NCBI RefSeq assembly: GCF_001194135.2
Contig: NC_068983.1
Coordinates: 59,094,505 to 59,142,461, forward strand
Length of the DNA: 47,957 bases
Direction: 5' to 3'
Source of the DNA: Octopus bimaculoides
Lineage: Eukaryota
Shown here: positions 1-11,636 of the stretch, piece by piece
Layout: every line of letters starts with the position of its first letter
How positions within the stretch are numbered: the stretch's first letter is position 1
Notes under the pieces: generated by a model
What the model was told of the DNA's origin: nothing
Seen by the model: the letters and a program-made list of their open reading frames with translations, nothing else
Databases searched by the model: none
Position numbers and translations under genes: made by a program

Positions 1-53
<53 letters not shown>

Positions 54-400
54 TATATTTATTCATGTGTGTGTAATTGGTTTTGTAGAAAAGTGTATGT
101 TTGTGAGTGGTGGGTGTGTCCCTTGCTGTGTTAGCATATTAAGTTTTCATGCGGAATGGAATGAAGTAGATATATCACAATATATGCTGATTGCCACAGA
201 AATAAACAGAGAATAAGCAATCAATATAAAGCAGATGTATGTGTACATGTTTCTGTAGTGAGAAAGAGAAAGACAGAGAAGGCTTCAGCAAGTCGAATGA
301 TTAGAGTATCAGACTGTTGGACAAATGTCGGAAGGTTAATAAGCTAGCACAGGTGCTGTTCTGTGTCCGTAGCTCCGAAACTTATATCACACTGGTTGGC

Positions 401-452
401 TCAATCTGTCTTGCTGCAATTAGGCAGTTCTAGTGTGCATAGCTGCTTAAAA
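401..452 (-). CDS. Candidate terminal coding exon of an unidentified gene (speculative)
   Basis: Strong minus-strand acceptor TTTTTTTTTTCCTTTTCTCCCATTTCAG ending at 453. The phase-2 frame reads FKQLCTLELPNCSKTD* (stop 403-401). AATAAA lies on the minus strand at 63-58. No homology recognised. Confidence 0.2.
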
Positions 453-503
453 CTGAAATGGGAGAAAAGGAAAAAAAAAAGAAGAAAAAATCACTGTATA
501 TAT

Positions 504-821
504 AGGTGCAGGAGTGGCTGTGTGGTAAGTAGCTTGCTTACCAACCAAATGGTTCCGGGTTCAGTCCCACTGCGTGGCACCCTGGGCAAGTGTCTTCTAC
601 TATAGCCTCGGGTCGACCAAAGCCTTGTGAGTAGATTTGGTAGATGGAAACTGAAAGAAGCCTGTCGTATATATGTATGTTTGTGTTTGTCCCCCCAACA
701 TCGCTTGACAACCGATGCTGGTGTGTTTACGTCCCCATAACTTAGCGGTTCAGCAAAAGAGACTGATAGAATAAGTACTAGGCTTACAAAGAATAAGTCC
801 TGGGGTCGATTTGCTCGACTA
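504..821 (+). mobile_element. tRNA-derived SINE, family A (octopus-type), runs into gap
   Basis: Head with A-box-like TGGCTGTGTGG and B-box-like GGTTCAGTCCC, CORE-like CCTGGGCAAGTGTCTTCTACTATAGCC, an internal (TA)/(TG) linker, then the family tail (GATAGAATAAGTACTAGGCTTACAAAGAATAAGTCCTGGGGTCGAT). About 20 related copies in the window. Confidence 0.9.
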
Positions 822-1479
822 NNNNNNNNNNNNNNNNNNNNNNNNNNNNNNNNNNNNNNNNNNNNNNNNNNNNNNNNNNNNNNNNNNNNNNNNNNNNNNN
901 NNNNNNNNNNNNNNNNNNNNNNNNNNNNNNNNNNNNNNNNNNNNNNNNNNNNNNNNNNNNNNNNNNNNNNNNNNNNNNNNNNNNNNNNNNNNNNNNNNNN
1001 NNNNNNNNNNNNNNNNNNNNNNNNNNNNNNNNNNNNNNNNNNNNNNNNNNNNNNNNNNNNNNNNNNNNNNNNNNNNNNNNNNNNNNNNNNNNNNNNNNNN
1101 NNNNNNNNNNNNNNNNNNNNNNNNNNNNNNNNNNNNNNNNNNNNNNNNNNNNNNNNNNNNNNNNNNNNNNNNNNNNNNNNNNNNNNNNNNNNNNNNNNNN
1201 NNNNNNNNNNNNNNNNNNNNNNNNNNNNNNNNNNNNNNNNNNNNNNNNNNNNNNNNNNNNNNNNNNNNNNNNNNNNNNNNNNNNNNNNNNNNNNNNNNNN
1301 NNNNNNNNNNNNNNNNNNNNNNNNNNNNNNNNNNNNNNNNNNNNNNNNNNNNNNNNNNNNNNNNNNNNNNNNNNNNNNNNNNNNNNNNNNNNNNNNNNNN
1401 NNNNNNNNNNNNNNNNNNNNNNNNNNNNNNNNNNNNNNNNNNNNNNNNNNNNNNNNNNNNNNNNNNNNNNNNNNNNNNN

Positions 1480-1523
<44 letters not shown>

Positions 1524-1734
1524 GTATGTATAGGTCATGAAAATGCTAAGAAAAGATAATGACTTCCATTGATTTTGCCTTTAGGTTCTATTTGCTAATG
1601 AGCCACCCTTTTAATTAGTTATATATTATATACATATATATTAATTTTATTTAATTTACTTTGCAGGAACAGCTGTTTTATCAAAGGCATATCTTATCGT
1701 GAATTGCTCAAAATACGGATATATATATATATGT

Positions 1735-2082
1735 ATTCTTTTACTTGTTTCGGTCATTTGACTGTGGCCATGCTGGAGCACTGCCTTAAATGTTTTTTTT
1801 AGTCGAAGAAATCGACCTTAGTACTTATTCTATCGGTCTCTTTTGCCGAACTGCTAAGTTACATGGGTGTAAACACACCAACATTAGTTGTTTAGCGATG
1901 GTGGGGGGAGCAAACATAGACACAAAGACACACACACATATATACGACAGGCTTCTTTCAGTTTCCGTTTACCAAATCCACTCACAGGGCTTTGGTTGGC
2001 CTGAGGCTATTGTAGAAGACACTTACCCAAGGTGTCATGCAGTGGGACTGAACCCAGAACCATGTGGTTGGTAAGCAAGCTA
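1735..2082 (-). mobile_element. SINE family A, head slightly truncated
   Basis: Reverse complement of the family A tail, (CA)/(TA) linker and head. Confidence 0.88.
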
Positions 2083-2255
2083 TACATATACTATCATCCA
2101 AAAATGAGTCCAATTCGGGTATAACGGAATTTTTAAAAATTTTTGTTAGTTTGCTTTCCCCATTTCAATACGCTGTGTAATTATAGTGAAAAATATTGTG
2201 TGATCCAAGGTCTATTTTTCAGCATATTGGCATAAAAAATCGTTTTTTCTTTTGC

Positions 2256-2296
<41 letters not shown>

Positions 2297-3068
2297 AAGG
2301 GCTTCTTTCAGTTTTGGTTTCCAAAATCCACTTACAAGATTTTGGTTAGAATGAAAGCTCGTCTTTCTTAGCAAGTTACTTGCCACAGGATATCGATATG
2401 ATCTGTTTCTATTTGCCAAAAGGATTTTTATTAATTTTCTCAAATCAGAAAGCTGAAATATTTTGTGTGGTGATATATAGGTACATAATACATGTAATGA
2501 CACTACAATGATGTGATACGATTTATCTTGTGGCAATGCAAAATGCTCAGATTGGTTTGTTTTGAAGGTATGTTATTCATTAGTTGACTATGTCTCTTCA
2601 TTGTATAATGTTTTGTTTATGAACTCGTGGAAAATGAACTATTGGAAGATAATATCTTAGAGTCAGAGAGTGAATACTCAGATGCTTTGGATAAAAATTA
2701 TGTAGCAAATACGAGTGATGCCAGTTCTACTGATGAAGATGAACAATTAGTTGCTCAAGGTCGTAAGAGACAACACAGTTCTCCTGCACCAACTGCTCCT
2801 GCACCAACTGCATCAACATCTAATGCTTATACCTGATATAATAGATGTTTTACCAAATATATTTCTTGGCAGGTGGCATAAAATGAAAGGTGTTTTTAGT
2901 GTTTCCACAATACACTCACAATGTTAGTTCCAGGCGCCAGTTCATTTTAAGCGTGTTACAATAAAATAGACCTCTACGAGTATGCTAGTACCTGGCAAAA
3001 TTGTATAGATTGCCAACTCATCCCACACAGAACACTTCCAGTTACTTTTGAGTACTACCTCGTGTAAG

Positions 3069-3099
<31 letters not shown>

Positions 3100-3144
3100 N
3101 NNNNNNNNNGTATGTATATATATATATATATATATATATAAATA

Positions 3145-4009
3145 CAGGGTGCAGTGAATAAACTGTTGTCTAAATTATGCAAAACTGAAGATAACATGGA
3201 CATCTCATTTTAACACATATATTTGCCAAATATACATAAGAATATCTTGAAATACTGAAGAGTAAATATATTCAATAAAATCGCCATTGGCTTCAACCAC
3301 TGCCTCCAAACGACTTTGGAATCTCCTGCAACTCTTCTGGACAGTCTCCTTGTTTCAATTGGTGAATGCTATCATAATCCTTGCCTTTAGTTTATCTTTA
3401 GTGTTACAAGGAGTTTTGTTGGTCTCTCATTCAACTGTGCCCTACACATAACAACCAAGGGGCTTGCAGTCTGGGGAGTTAGGGGTGATGTGGTCACAGA
3501 AATTGTCTGACAGCCATGACTGGATTCTTCTGCTTGTGTGGCATGGTGCAGAGGCCTGTTACCAGACATAGGGTCTTCCAGCAGCCACCCTCTTCACCCA
3601 GGGCAGCACTACTGCCTCCAGGCACTTGATGTAGGCCTCCATGTTGAGTCTGTATGAAGATGAATGGAAGCATAACGTCACCATCACTAGTGATCACTCC
3701 AAACACCATGATGTTGACTGGATGTCTGATTTTTATCACTTTCGGTACATTTCCTCAGATTGCACTGTCCTCAGATTGACACCCAAACACTCTGAAACAT
3801 TTGCATTGAAGCTTCCGGCAAGAATGCCAAACAGTACAGCTTGTTGTTTCCAAATTTCTGGCAGAGTGAATTGCATCATGGTGCTGTTTTTCTCACAGAT
3901 GGTGCCCAACTGACTCTACTGTACTGTATAGTCAACAAAATCAAGAACAAACAATGCACATGCGTGAAATTAAAAATATAAAATAGCGACAATTTATCCA
4001 TCACAACTT
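3145..4009 (-). mobile_element. Tc1/mariner (DD37D/maT-like) internally deleted, decayed transposon
   Basis: Degenerate TIRs CAGGGTGCAGTGAATAAACTGTTG and GCGACAATTTATCCATCACAACTTG, with TA on the left. Frameshifted minus-strand peptide reads HPVNIMVFGVITSDGDVMLPFIF / EAYIKCLEAVVLPWVKRVAAGRPYVW*QASAPCHTSRRIQSWL / NSPDCKPL / RRFQSRLEAVVEANGDFIE, which are mariner-type catalytic-domain motifs (QxxAPxH, SPDxNP). Confidence 0.85.
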
Positions 4010-4016
4010 GAATATA

Positions 4017-4280
4017 TCATCATCATCATTTAACGTCCGCTTTCCATGCTAGCATGGGTTGGACGATTTGACTGAGGACTGGCAAACCAGATGGCTATAC
4101 CAGACTCCAATCTGATCTGGCAGAGTTTCTACAGCTGGATGCCCTTCCTAACGCCAACCACTCCGAGAGTGTAGTGGGTGCTTTTTACGTGCCACCGGCA
4201 CGAGGGCCAGTCTGGCGGTACTGGCAACGGCCAAGTTCAAATGGTGTTTTTTACGTGCCACCTGCACAGGAATCAGTCCA
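4017..4280 (-). mobile_element. Family C repeat: RTE-type 3'-end element with (GAT)n tail and ~60-bp internal subrepeats
   Basis: (CAT)n followed by TTAACGTCCGCTTTCCATGCTAGCATGGGTTGGAC...GGATGCCCTTCCTAACGCC (the reverse of the GGAAGGGCATCC RTE-type 3' motif), then TTTTACGTGCCACC subrepeats. Confidence 0.8.
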
Positions 4281-5189
4281 ATGTTTTATGCATATATATA
4301 TATGTGTATATATGTGTTTGTGTGTGTATATATGTATGTATGCATGTGTATTTGTATGTGTCTGTCTTTATGTTGGTGTTTATAGTGAAGCCAGCTGAGA
4401 AAAACAGTTTTCTGCTTTTATGCCCCATAACTGTTGAATGTGATGTACAGATTCTTTTTTTTATAGGATGGTGGTTATTCCCAAAACAAATATGTTTTGA
4501 AAACGATGATCCATCTAACACAAGGCAGCACGGGGAAAGCAGACGTAAAACAATGATGTTGATGATGATAATGGTGATGACGATGATGATGATGCATACA
4601 TGTTCACACACACATTACATTATATATATACATATACATATACATACACATGCACACACATATATATATATTTCCAGGGGGTAAGAGAGAGTTGCATGTT
4701 TGTAAGCCTGTTTATTGTTCTTCCATTTGTTTTATTTTTATATTTTCCCAGCGAGAGCATACACCTACACCTAATGCGTGACAATAGCACCATTGTGTTT
4801 GTATTTATCATTTTCATATTGATTCAGAAGCTTAGTAACCCATACATGAATGGTTTATTAAATATTGATAAAAGTGAAAGGTAAACAGCAACAAAGGCTA
4901 CACACCTCACTATTAACAGCATCTGTAAGCCTATAACTATAGCAACAACAACAATCACAACAACAACAACAATGACGACAGCACACAGGCGGATACACGC
5001 ATAAATGGCAGCAGCTACCAGAAGAATCAACATCTCATAGGAATAACACTGACACCACCACCACCACCACCAGCATTACTGCATACACAATGAAAGCATG
5101 AACGATTATGACACGATAACAACAAACTCGTGTGGACAGACATGCTCCAATGGCAACAGCAACGCAACAGGAAAATGAAACAGCAAACG

Positions 5190-5420
5190 AAAGGGATTCT
5201 ATGTGGTTGTTTAGTCTGCTAGACATCACAGCGAAATGTATTTCAAATGCACACTTTACTTTCTCAGAAATAGGAAAGACAGACATTAGATAATGTAATG
5301 TTAAGGATATTATTCTTAACAAATGACAGGTTAGTCGCGGTTGGAATGTCTTCTGTTATTAATCTACTTGATGAGAAATAAACAAGGGCTAAATAACAAT
5401 AACATAAAAAATTCACACAT
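5190..5420 (+). mobile_element. Old interspersed repeat, family G (related copies ~8835-9110, ~9940-10130, ~29880-30050, reverse ~44390-44590)
   Basis: Shared degenerate motifs GAAATAGCAGCCAAAT..CAAATCACAC and GATGGT..GGCTGGAATGYCTTTG across copies. Confidence 0.55.
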
Positions 5421-5599
5421 TACTGACCACAACAACAAGACTTAAAAAATAGACAGGGCTTGTGGCCGTGTGGTATGAAGGTTGGTTCCCAATCCCATGG
5501 TTCCACAGTTTGGCAAAAGACATTGATAGAATAAGGATCAGGGTTCGAAAAATTATAGTGTGACTTATACTAGGTTGCCACCTTGGAGAGTCTTAGTCA

Positions 5600-5903
5600 A
5601 ACAGATCAACACCAGCTTCTTTTAAAATCTGGTACTTATTCTAGTGGCCACTTTTAGCAACTTTCAAATTATAGGGACATAAACAAACTAACACCGATAA
5701 CCAAATGGTGGTGTGGTGGAAAAAACAGAGACTCAAATAATCACACCACACACACTTGATGAGTTTCCGCATAGTTTCTGTCTACCAAATTCTCTCTCCT
5801 AGCATTGGTCAACCAGGGCCTATAGCAAAAGGTGCCATGGAATGGGACTGAACTGAAAACTATGAACTTGGAAGAGATCGAGTTTCTGAACCACACAACC
5901 ATT

Positions 5904-5905
<2 letters not shown>
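5600..5905 (-). mobile_element. Degenerate SINE family A
   Basis: Diverged reverse copy of the tail (GGTACTTATTCTA), CORE-like region and head. Confidence 0.6.
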
Positions 5906-5944
<39 letters not shown>

Positions 5945-6008
5945 ATAGAGGAGGAGAAGGACATAAAAGGAAACGGCAGCAACATCAATATTTTAAGAGT
6001 ACACTTAC

Positions 6009-6157
6009 ACAGAATGCACTTCTCCAAACGGTTGTTTGACCAATTCATTTCCACAGGCAATGTTCAAGGTTGATTCACCTGTCATTTCAATTATCATTGC
6101 CTTGATAGCATTGATGAAAATCCTCATTGACTTACCAGCAATATAGATTATTACCAT
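6009..6157 (-). CDS. Candidate coding exon (speculative)
   Basis: Single open frame MVIIYIAGKSMRIFINAIKAMIIEMTGESTLNIACGNELVKQPFGEVHS ending at a GT|GTAAGT donor (6008-6003). Phase-compatible with the 452-401 candidate. No homology recognised. Confidence 0.2.
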
Positions 6158-6476
6158 TACTTACTGTGCAAACAGAGCTGTGTCAAGCAGTAAGTGACAT
6201 GTATCTATGGCACTTGCCATTCTCAATTGTAAACAGAGGCTAAATCTGTAGAACAACTGAACTTGGCATCCAAGCTAACAAGGTGTATAATAAATCTCTG
6301 CCAGGTAAGGCAGAATGAATAGCTTCTTTAAAGCCTTAACAATAAGCCTTTAACCATTCTTCTCTTTTGTGATATTTATCAATAGGAAAGGAATATTGGA
6401 AATAGGGTGCTAGGGAGTCAATGATTGAATATATTTATTAATCCAAAAGTGTAAAATAGTCACCACTAGAAAAAAA

Positions 6477-7520
6477 GTGTGGTAACTAGCTTGCTTACCA
6501 ACCACATGGTTCCGGGTTCAGTTCTACTGCGTGGCACCTTGGGCAAGTGTCTTCTACTATAGCCTCAAGCCGACCGAAGCCTTGTGAGTGGATTGGGTAG
6601 ACGGCAACTGAAAGAAGCCCATCGTATATATATATACTCATTTACTATTTGTTTTTACATGACTGAACGCAGTGTCTCCAATTCGTAAGTAGTTTTCATA
6701 AACTTATATTTTCCGACGCTACTCTATCTCTTTCTCTTCCTCTATCATTTTTCCCCCTCTCGTTCTTCCTCTTTACTACTACGTATCTCGCTTTACTCCT
6801 CTCGTTCTTCCTCTGTTACTTCTACGTATCTCTTTTTTCCCCCTTGTACTTCCTCTCTTTCTCTTTTCCTCTCGTTGCTCACCTATTCTTCTACTTCCTC
6901 CCTTTGTTTCGCCCTCTACCACTCTCTCTCTTCCCCTTACACCGGCATGGTCACATGNNNNNNNNNNNNNNNNNNNNNNNNNNNNNNNNNNNNNNNNNNN
7001 NNNNNNNNNNNNNNNNNNNNNNNNNNNNNNNNNNNNNNNNNNNNNNNNNNNNNNNNNNNNNNNNNNNNNNNNNNNNNNNNNNNNNNNNNNNNNNNNNNNN
7101 NNNNNNNNNNNNNNNNNNNNNNNNNNNNNNNNNNNNNNNNNNNNNNNNNNNNNNNNNNNNNNNNNNNNNNNNNNNNNNNNNNNNNNNNNNNNNNNNNNNN
7201 NNNNNNNNNNNNNNNNNNNNNNNNNNNNNNNNNNNNNNNNNNNNNNNNNNNNNNNNNNNNNNNNNNNNNNNNNNNNNNNNNNNNNNNNNNNNNNNNNNNN
7301 NNNNNNNNNNNNNNNNNNNNNNNNNNNNNNNNNNNNNNNNNNNNNNNNNNNNNNNNNNNNNNNNNNNNNNNNNNNNNNNNNNNNNNNNNNNNNNNNNNNN
7401 NNNNNNNNNNNNNNNNNNNNNNNNNNNNNNNNNNNNNNNNNNNNNNNNNNNNNNNNNNNNNNNNNNNNNNNNNNNNNNNNNNNNNNNNATATATGCTTAT
7501 ACTCATTTACTATTTGTTTA

Positions 7521-7569
<49 letters not shown>

Positions 7570-7786
7570 AGATGTTTGTGTGTCTGTGTTTGTCCCCCCC
7601 ACCATCGCTTGACAACCGATGGTGGTGTGTTTACGTCCCCGTAACTTAGCGGTTCAGCAAAAGATACCGATAGAATAACTACTAGGCTTACAAAGAATAA
7701 GTCCTGGGGTTGATTTGCTTGACTAAAGGCGGTACTCTGGCATGGCCACAGTCAAATGACTGAAACAAGTAAAAGGGTAAAAGAGA
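6477..7786 (+). mobile_element. SINE family A split by an ~850-bp insertion plus gap in its (TA)n linker
   Basis: Head and CORE-like part at 6477-6630. Tail resumes at ~7570-7786, ending AGTAAAAGGGTAAAAGAG. Confidence 0.8.
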
Positions 7787-7914
7787 AAGCAGTTAAATAA
7801 TTACTTTGAAAATGACTCATTTAAGTAAACCACCATTGTCATTTCTATCAAATATGTATATTCATGCACACACACACGCACACACACACGCACACACACA
7901 TATGTATATATACA

Positions 7915-8298
7915 TTCTTTTATTTGTTTCATTCATTTGCCTGCAGCCTTTAGTCTGCCTTTAGTTAAACAAATCGACCCCAGGACTTATTCTTTGTAAG
8001 CCTAGTACTTATTCCATCGGTCTCCTTTGCTGAACCGCTAAGTGACGGGGACATAAACACACTAACATCGGTTGTCAAATGATGTTGTGTGACAAACAGA
8101 CATACAAACACACACACACACATATATATATACTAGACGGGCTTCTATCAGTTTCTTTTTACCAAATCTACTCACAAGGCTTTGATCAGCCTGAGGCTAT
8201 AGTAGAAGACACTTGCCCAAGGTGCCACACAGTGGGACTGAACCCATAAGCATGTGGTTGGTAAGCAAGCTACTTACCACACAGCCACTCCTGTGCCT
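7915..8298 (-). mobile_element. Full-length SINE family A
   Basis: Complete reverse copy of tail, (CA)(TA) linker, CORE-like region and head ending CACAGCCACTCCTGTGCCT. Confidence 0.9.
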
Positions 8299-9288
8299 AC
8301 ATACACATATATATATTATATTATATATATCAATGCTCAAAATGAGGAGTGGATGGACAGCCGAAATCTGATGAAGGGTTGTTCTTTATGTTACTTGTCC
8401 TGTTTTCCATTTGTTTCTCTTGTTGTTTGCATACTCAACTCATTTGTTTTTGTATATCATGTTGTTTACGGTTTGTGACCTCTTGTACCCATATATACAT
8501 ATACATATATATATAGAGAGAAAGAGTTAATAAAAAAAAACTGAGAAAATAGACACAAAATTGGCAACAAAACAAAGACGTGGTACATGCAAAGTATTAA
8601 TGAGATGCTCAGAGAAAGAAAGAAAGAGTGGTTGTCTTACATTTCAAACAAAGCTCTTCTTCAGAAACAGGAGACTATGTTTTCACCTGGCATGCTAACA
8701 TTTCTGCCAGCTTACTGCCTTGAAACCATTATGGTAATAATGCATAAATTAACACTGAGGCAAAGTATGAAACTATTGGAATCGCTCCAGACACAACATT
8801 ACAATAGCTCACTAAGTGCATAGAACAACAACAGCTGTTGTGTTCTGACTAAGTTCATTTTGACCTTTATCATTGTGACCAACACTTGGATCTGGGTATC
8901 TATGCAGTGCATGAAGCAAGCTGAAAATAGCAACCAAATTCCCTCAAATTTAGTTTGTACCATTTATAAAAAAATGTAAGGTTACCTGGATAGATGAAAA
9001 AATTAGATATACCAGAAAAATACGAGATGGTATTGGCTGGAATGCCTTTGGTCATTGGTCTGTCCAAGCAAAGCTGACCTGAAACTAATCATCATCATCA
9101 ACAACAGATATTTAGAAACAGAGTAAGCAAACAAGATGACACTACATAACCAGACAGTGGCACTGGACCCAATATGTTTATTCATTAAGGTGTTACTGGC
9201 CCAATGTAAAAAGCACATGTGCTGGCATCATGTGAAATTCATCCATGCTGGTGCCACGTAAAAGACATCATTATTATTATTATTATTA

Positions 9289-9584
9289 GAGCTGGTAAAA
9301 TCATTACCACAGTGGGTAACATGCTTAGTGGCGTTTCGTCCATCCTTACTTTCTGAGTTCAAATTCCGCTAAGGTCGACTTTGCCTTTCGTCTTTTTGAG
9401 GTCAGTAAATTAAGTACCAGTGAAACACTGGGGTCGATGCAATCAACTATCCCCCTCCCTCAAATTTCAGGCCTTGTGCCTATAGTAAAAAAAAGATTAT
9501 TATTATTATTATTCAACATCCTACTTGTCCCTTGTATTATATTGTCCTTATTTGTTTCATGTTCAGCCCTTGTAGCCAACAAAG

Positions 9585-9615
<31 letters not shown>

Positions 9616-9851
9616 TATTATTATTATTATCATCATTAAGGCAATGAGCTGGCAGAATTGTTAGCACACCAGGTGAAATGCTTAGTGGTATTTCCTCTGT
9701 TTTTACGTTCTGAGTTCAAATTCCACCGAGGTCGATTTTGTCTTTCATCCTTTCAGGGTTGATAAAATAAATACCAGTTGTGTACTGGGGTCAATGTAAT
9801 TAACTAGTCTCCTCCCCCAAAATATCAGGTCTTGTTCCTAGAGTAGAAAAG

Positions 9852-9885
<34 letters not shown>

Positions 9886-11636
9886 GTGTTTTACTGAAAA
9901 AAAAATTAAACTTGTTAATAATATATTGTGGACCAGTGTTTGCTGCTCGTAAGTAAATTTTCTTCCTGCACTTACGACCACCACCAACAAAAATGAGTCA
10001 ATGAGGTTTCATAACATGTTAGAAATAGCAGTCAAAATCTGTCTCAGATCACACTTCTCATAGGAAGGAGACTTTGGAAATTCTGATGATGTCTGAAATG
10101 TCTTTGATTATGGATCGCCCTTGATAATTCGAGACTAAGGAACAACAAGAACAACAACAACGATTCCAGAAAAGCAATTACCATGGCAACGACAACAACA
10201 ATAATGAAATGTTATGAATGAATGTCTTTTGGTGGACATGTGAAGATTATTTCCTGCTCCCCAACAAATTCTCCAAAAGGAATGCTAGATTCCTTCAAGC
10301 TGGATTTTGCAAATAATATCACTGATTTTGGGGTGTTGGGGGTGGGTGAGCAGCTGCTGTTTGTTTGTGTTTGTTTGTTTGTTTGTTTGTTTGTTTTTGT
10401 TTGTTTTTTTGTGTGTTTGTTTTTACCTTTTATCTCAATGCAGAGATTTACAGATCAACAGTCACAGAAATTCACCACCAAAAAAAAAAAAAAAAAGAAA
10501 AAAAAACAAAGAAAAAAAAAACAAAGAAAAAAAACTGATTGTTTGATAAATCAAGAGAGAGTGAGAGAGACAAAGAAAAAAGACAGAAAGAACCATAGAG
10601 AAAGAAGGGGAGAGAGAAACAAGACAGAAAGAATGAAACAGAGTAAAAGAGATGGAGAGAGTGAATGAGTGAGAGAACAAGATGAAGAAACAGAAAAAGG
10701 GAGGGAGTGAGTGAATGAATGAGTGAGAGAGAGAGAAAAATAGACAGAAAGAAAGAAAGAGAGGTGATGTGGATAACTTGAGGGCTATTATTATTGTTGT
10801 TGCTGTTGTTATTGTTGCAGTGAATTGTTAGAATTGTTGAAGCATCAGCAAAAGTACTTTGCAGTATTTCTTTTGGCTTTTTACATTTTGAATTCAAATC
10901 AAGCAGTATTTTGTCTGTCTGTATGTTCTGAGTTCAAGTACTATTGAGGTTGGCTTTGCCTTTCATTATTTCAGGGTCGACAAATTAAGTACCAGTGAAA
11001 CATTGAAACATTGGGGTCCATGCAATAAACTAGAACTCCCCCCACCCCCAGCCAAATATCAGGCCTTGTACCTTTAGTAGAAAAGATTATTGTTAATATG
11101 AGGGCACTAAACTATTTTGCCCTATTTCTTCCAACTCGTTAGATTCTGAGTTCAAATTATGCTGAAGTTAACTTTGCCTTTCATGTTTTGGGGGTCAATA
11201 AAATAAGTTCTAATCAGGTCCTGGGGTCAATGTAACTGACTTGACCTCTCCCATCAAAACCTGCTGGCCTTTGGCAAGCTGGCAGTATCGTTATAACATC
11301 AGTCAAAGAAATGCTCGGTGGCATGTCTGCCAGTTCTTCACATTTTGAGTTCAAATTCTGCAGCCTTACATCTTTTCAGGGTCAATAAAGCAAGTACCAG
11401 CTATGCACTGAGGTTGACATAATGGCACCCACAAAATTTCAGGCTTTGTGCCTATTGTAGAAAAGATTATTATTATTATTGACATTATTACGGGCAGTCC
11501 ACCAAGGTCAACTGTGCTTTTCGTCCTTTCAGGGTTGATAAAATAAGTACCAGTTAAACACTGGGGTCAATGTAATCAATGTATCCCTCCCCCAAAATTT
11601 CTAGCCTTGTGCCACAATTTGAAATCAATATTATTA
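9289..11636 (+). mobile_element. Cluster of six co-oriented family B SINEs (~9289-9500, 9637-9852, 10903-11090, 11135-11270, 11272-11480, 11497-11636)
   Basis: Each copy has some or all of GTTCTGAGTTCAAATT (B box), GGTCGACTTTGCCTTTCATCCTTTC.GGG.CGATAAA.TAAGTACCAG, CTGGGGTC.ATG and the 3' end GGCCTTGTGCC..TAGAAAAG(ATT)n. Confidence 0.85.

Noticed and set aside
504-580. tRNA-like A/B boxes in SINE heads as tRNA genes
   Set aside because: No acceptor stem or full cloverleaf, and they continue into SINE body sequence.
4824-5322. Hydrophobic minus-strand ORFs resembling membrane proteins
   Set aside because: Val-rich runs come from (CAA)n/(CAC)n microsatellites, part of the region is a family G repeat, and the plus-strand frames are broken by stops.
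8625-8680. CTGAAGA...GAAA motif on the minus strand (similar cases at 10083, 15891, 21071, 40621, 45561, 46834)
   Set aside because: Stem II, stem III or stem I cannot be formed properly, and such spacing is expected by chance in AT-rich DNA.
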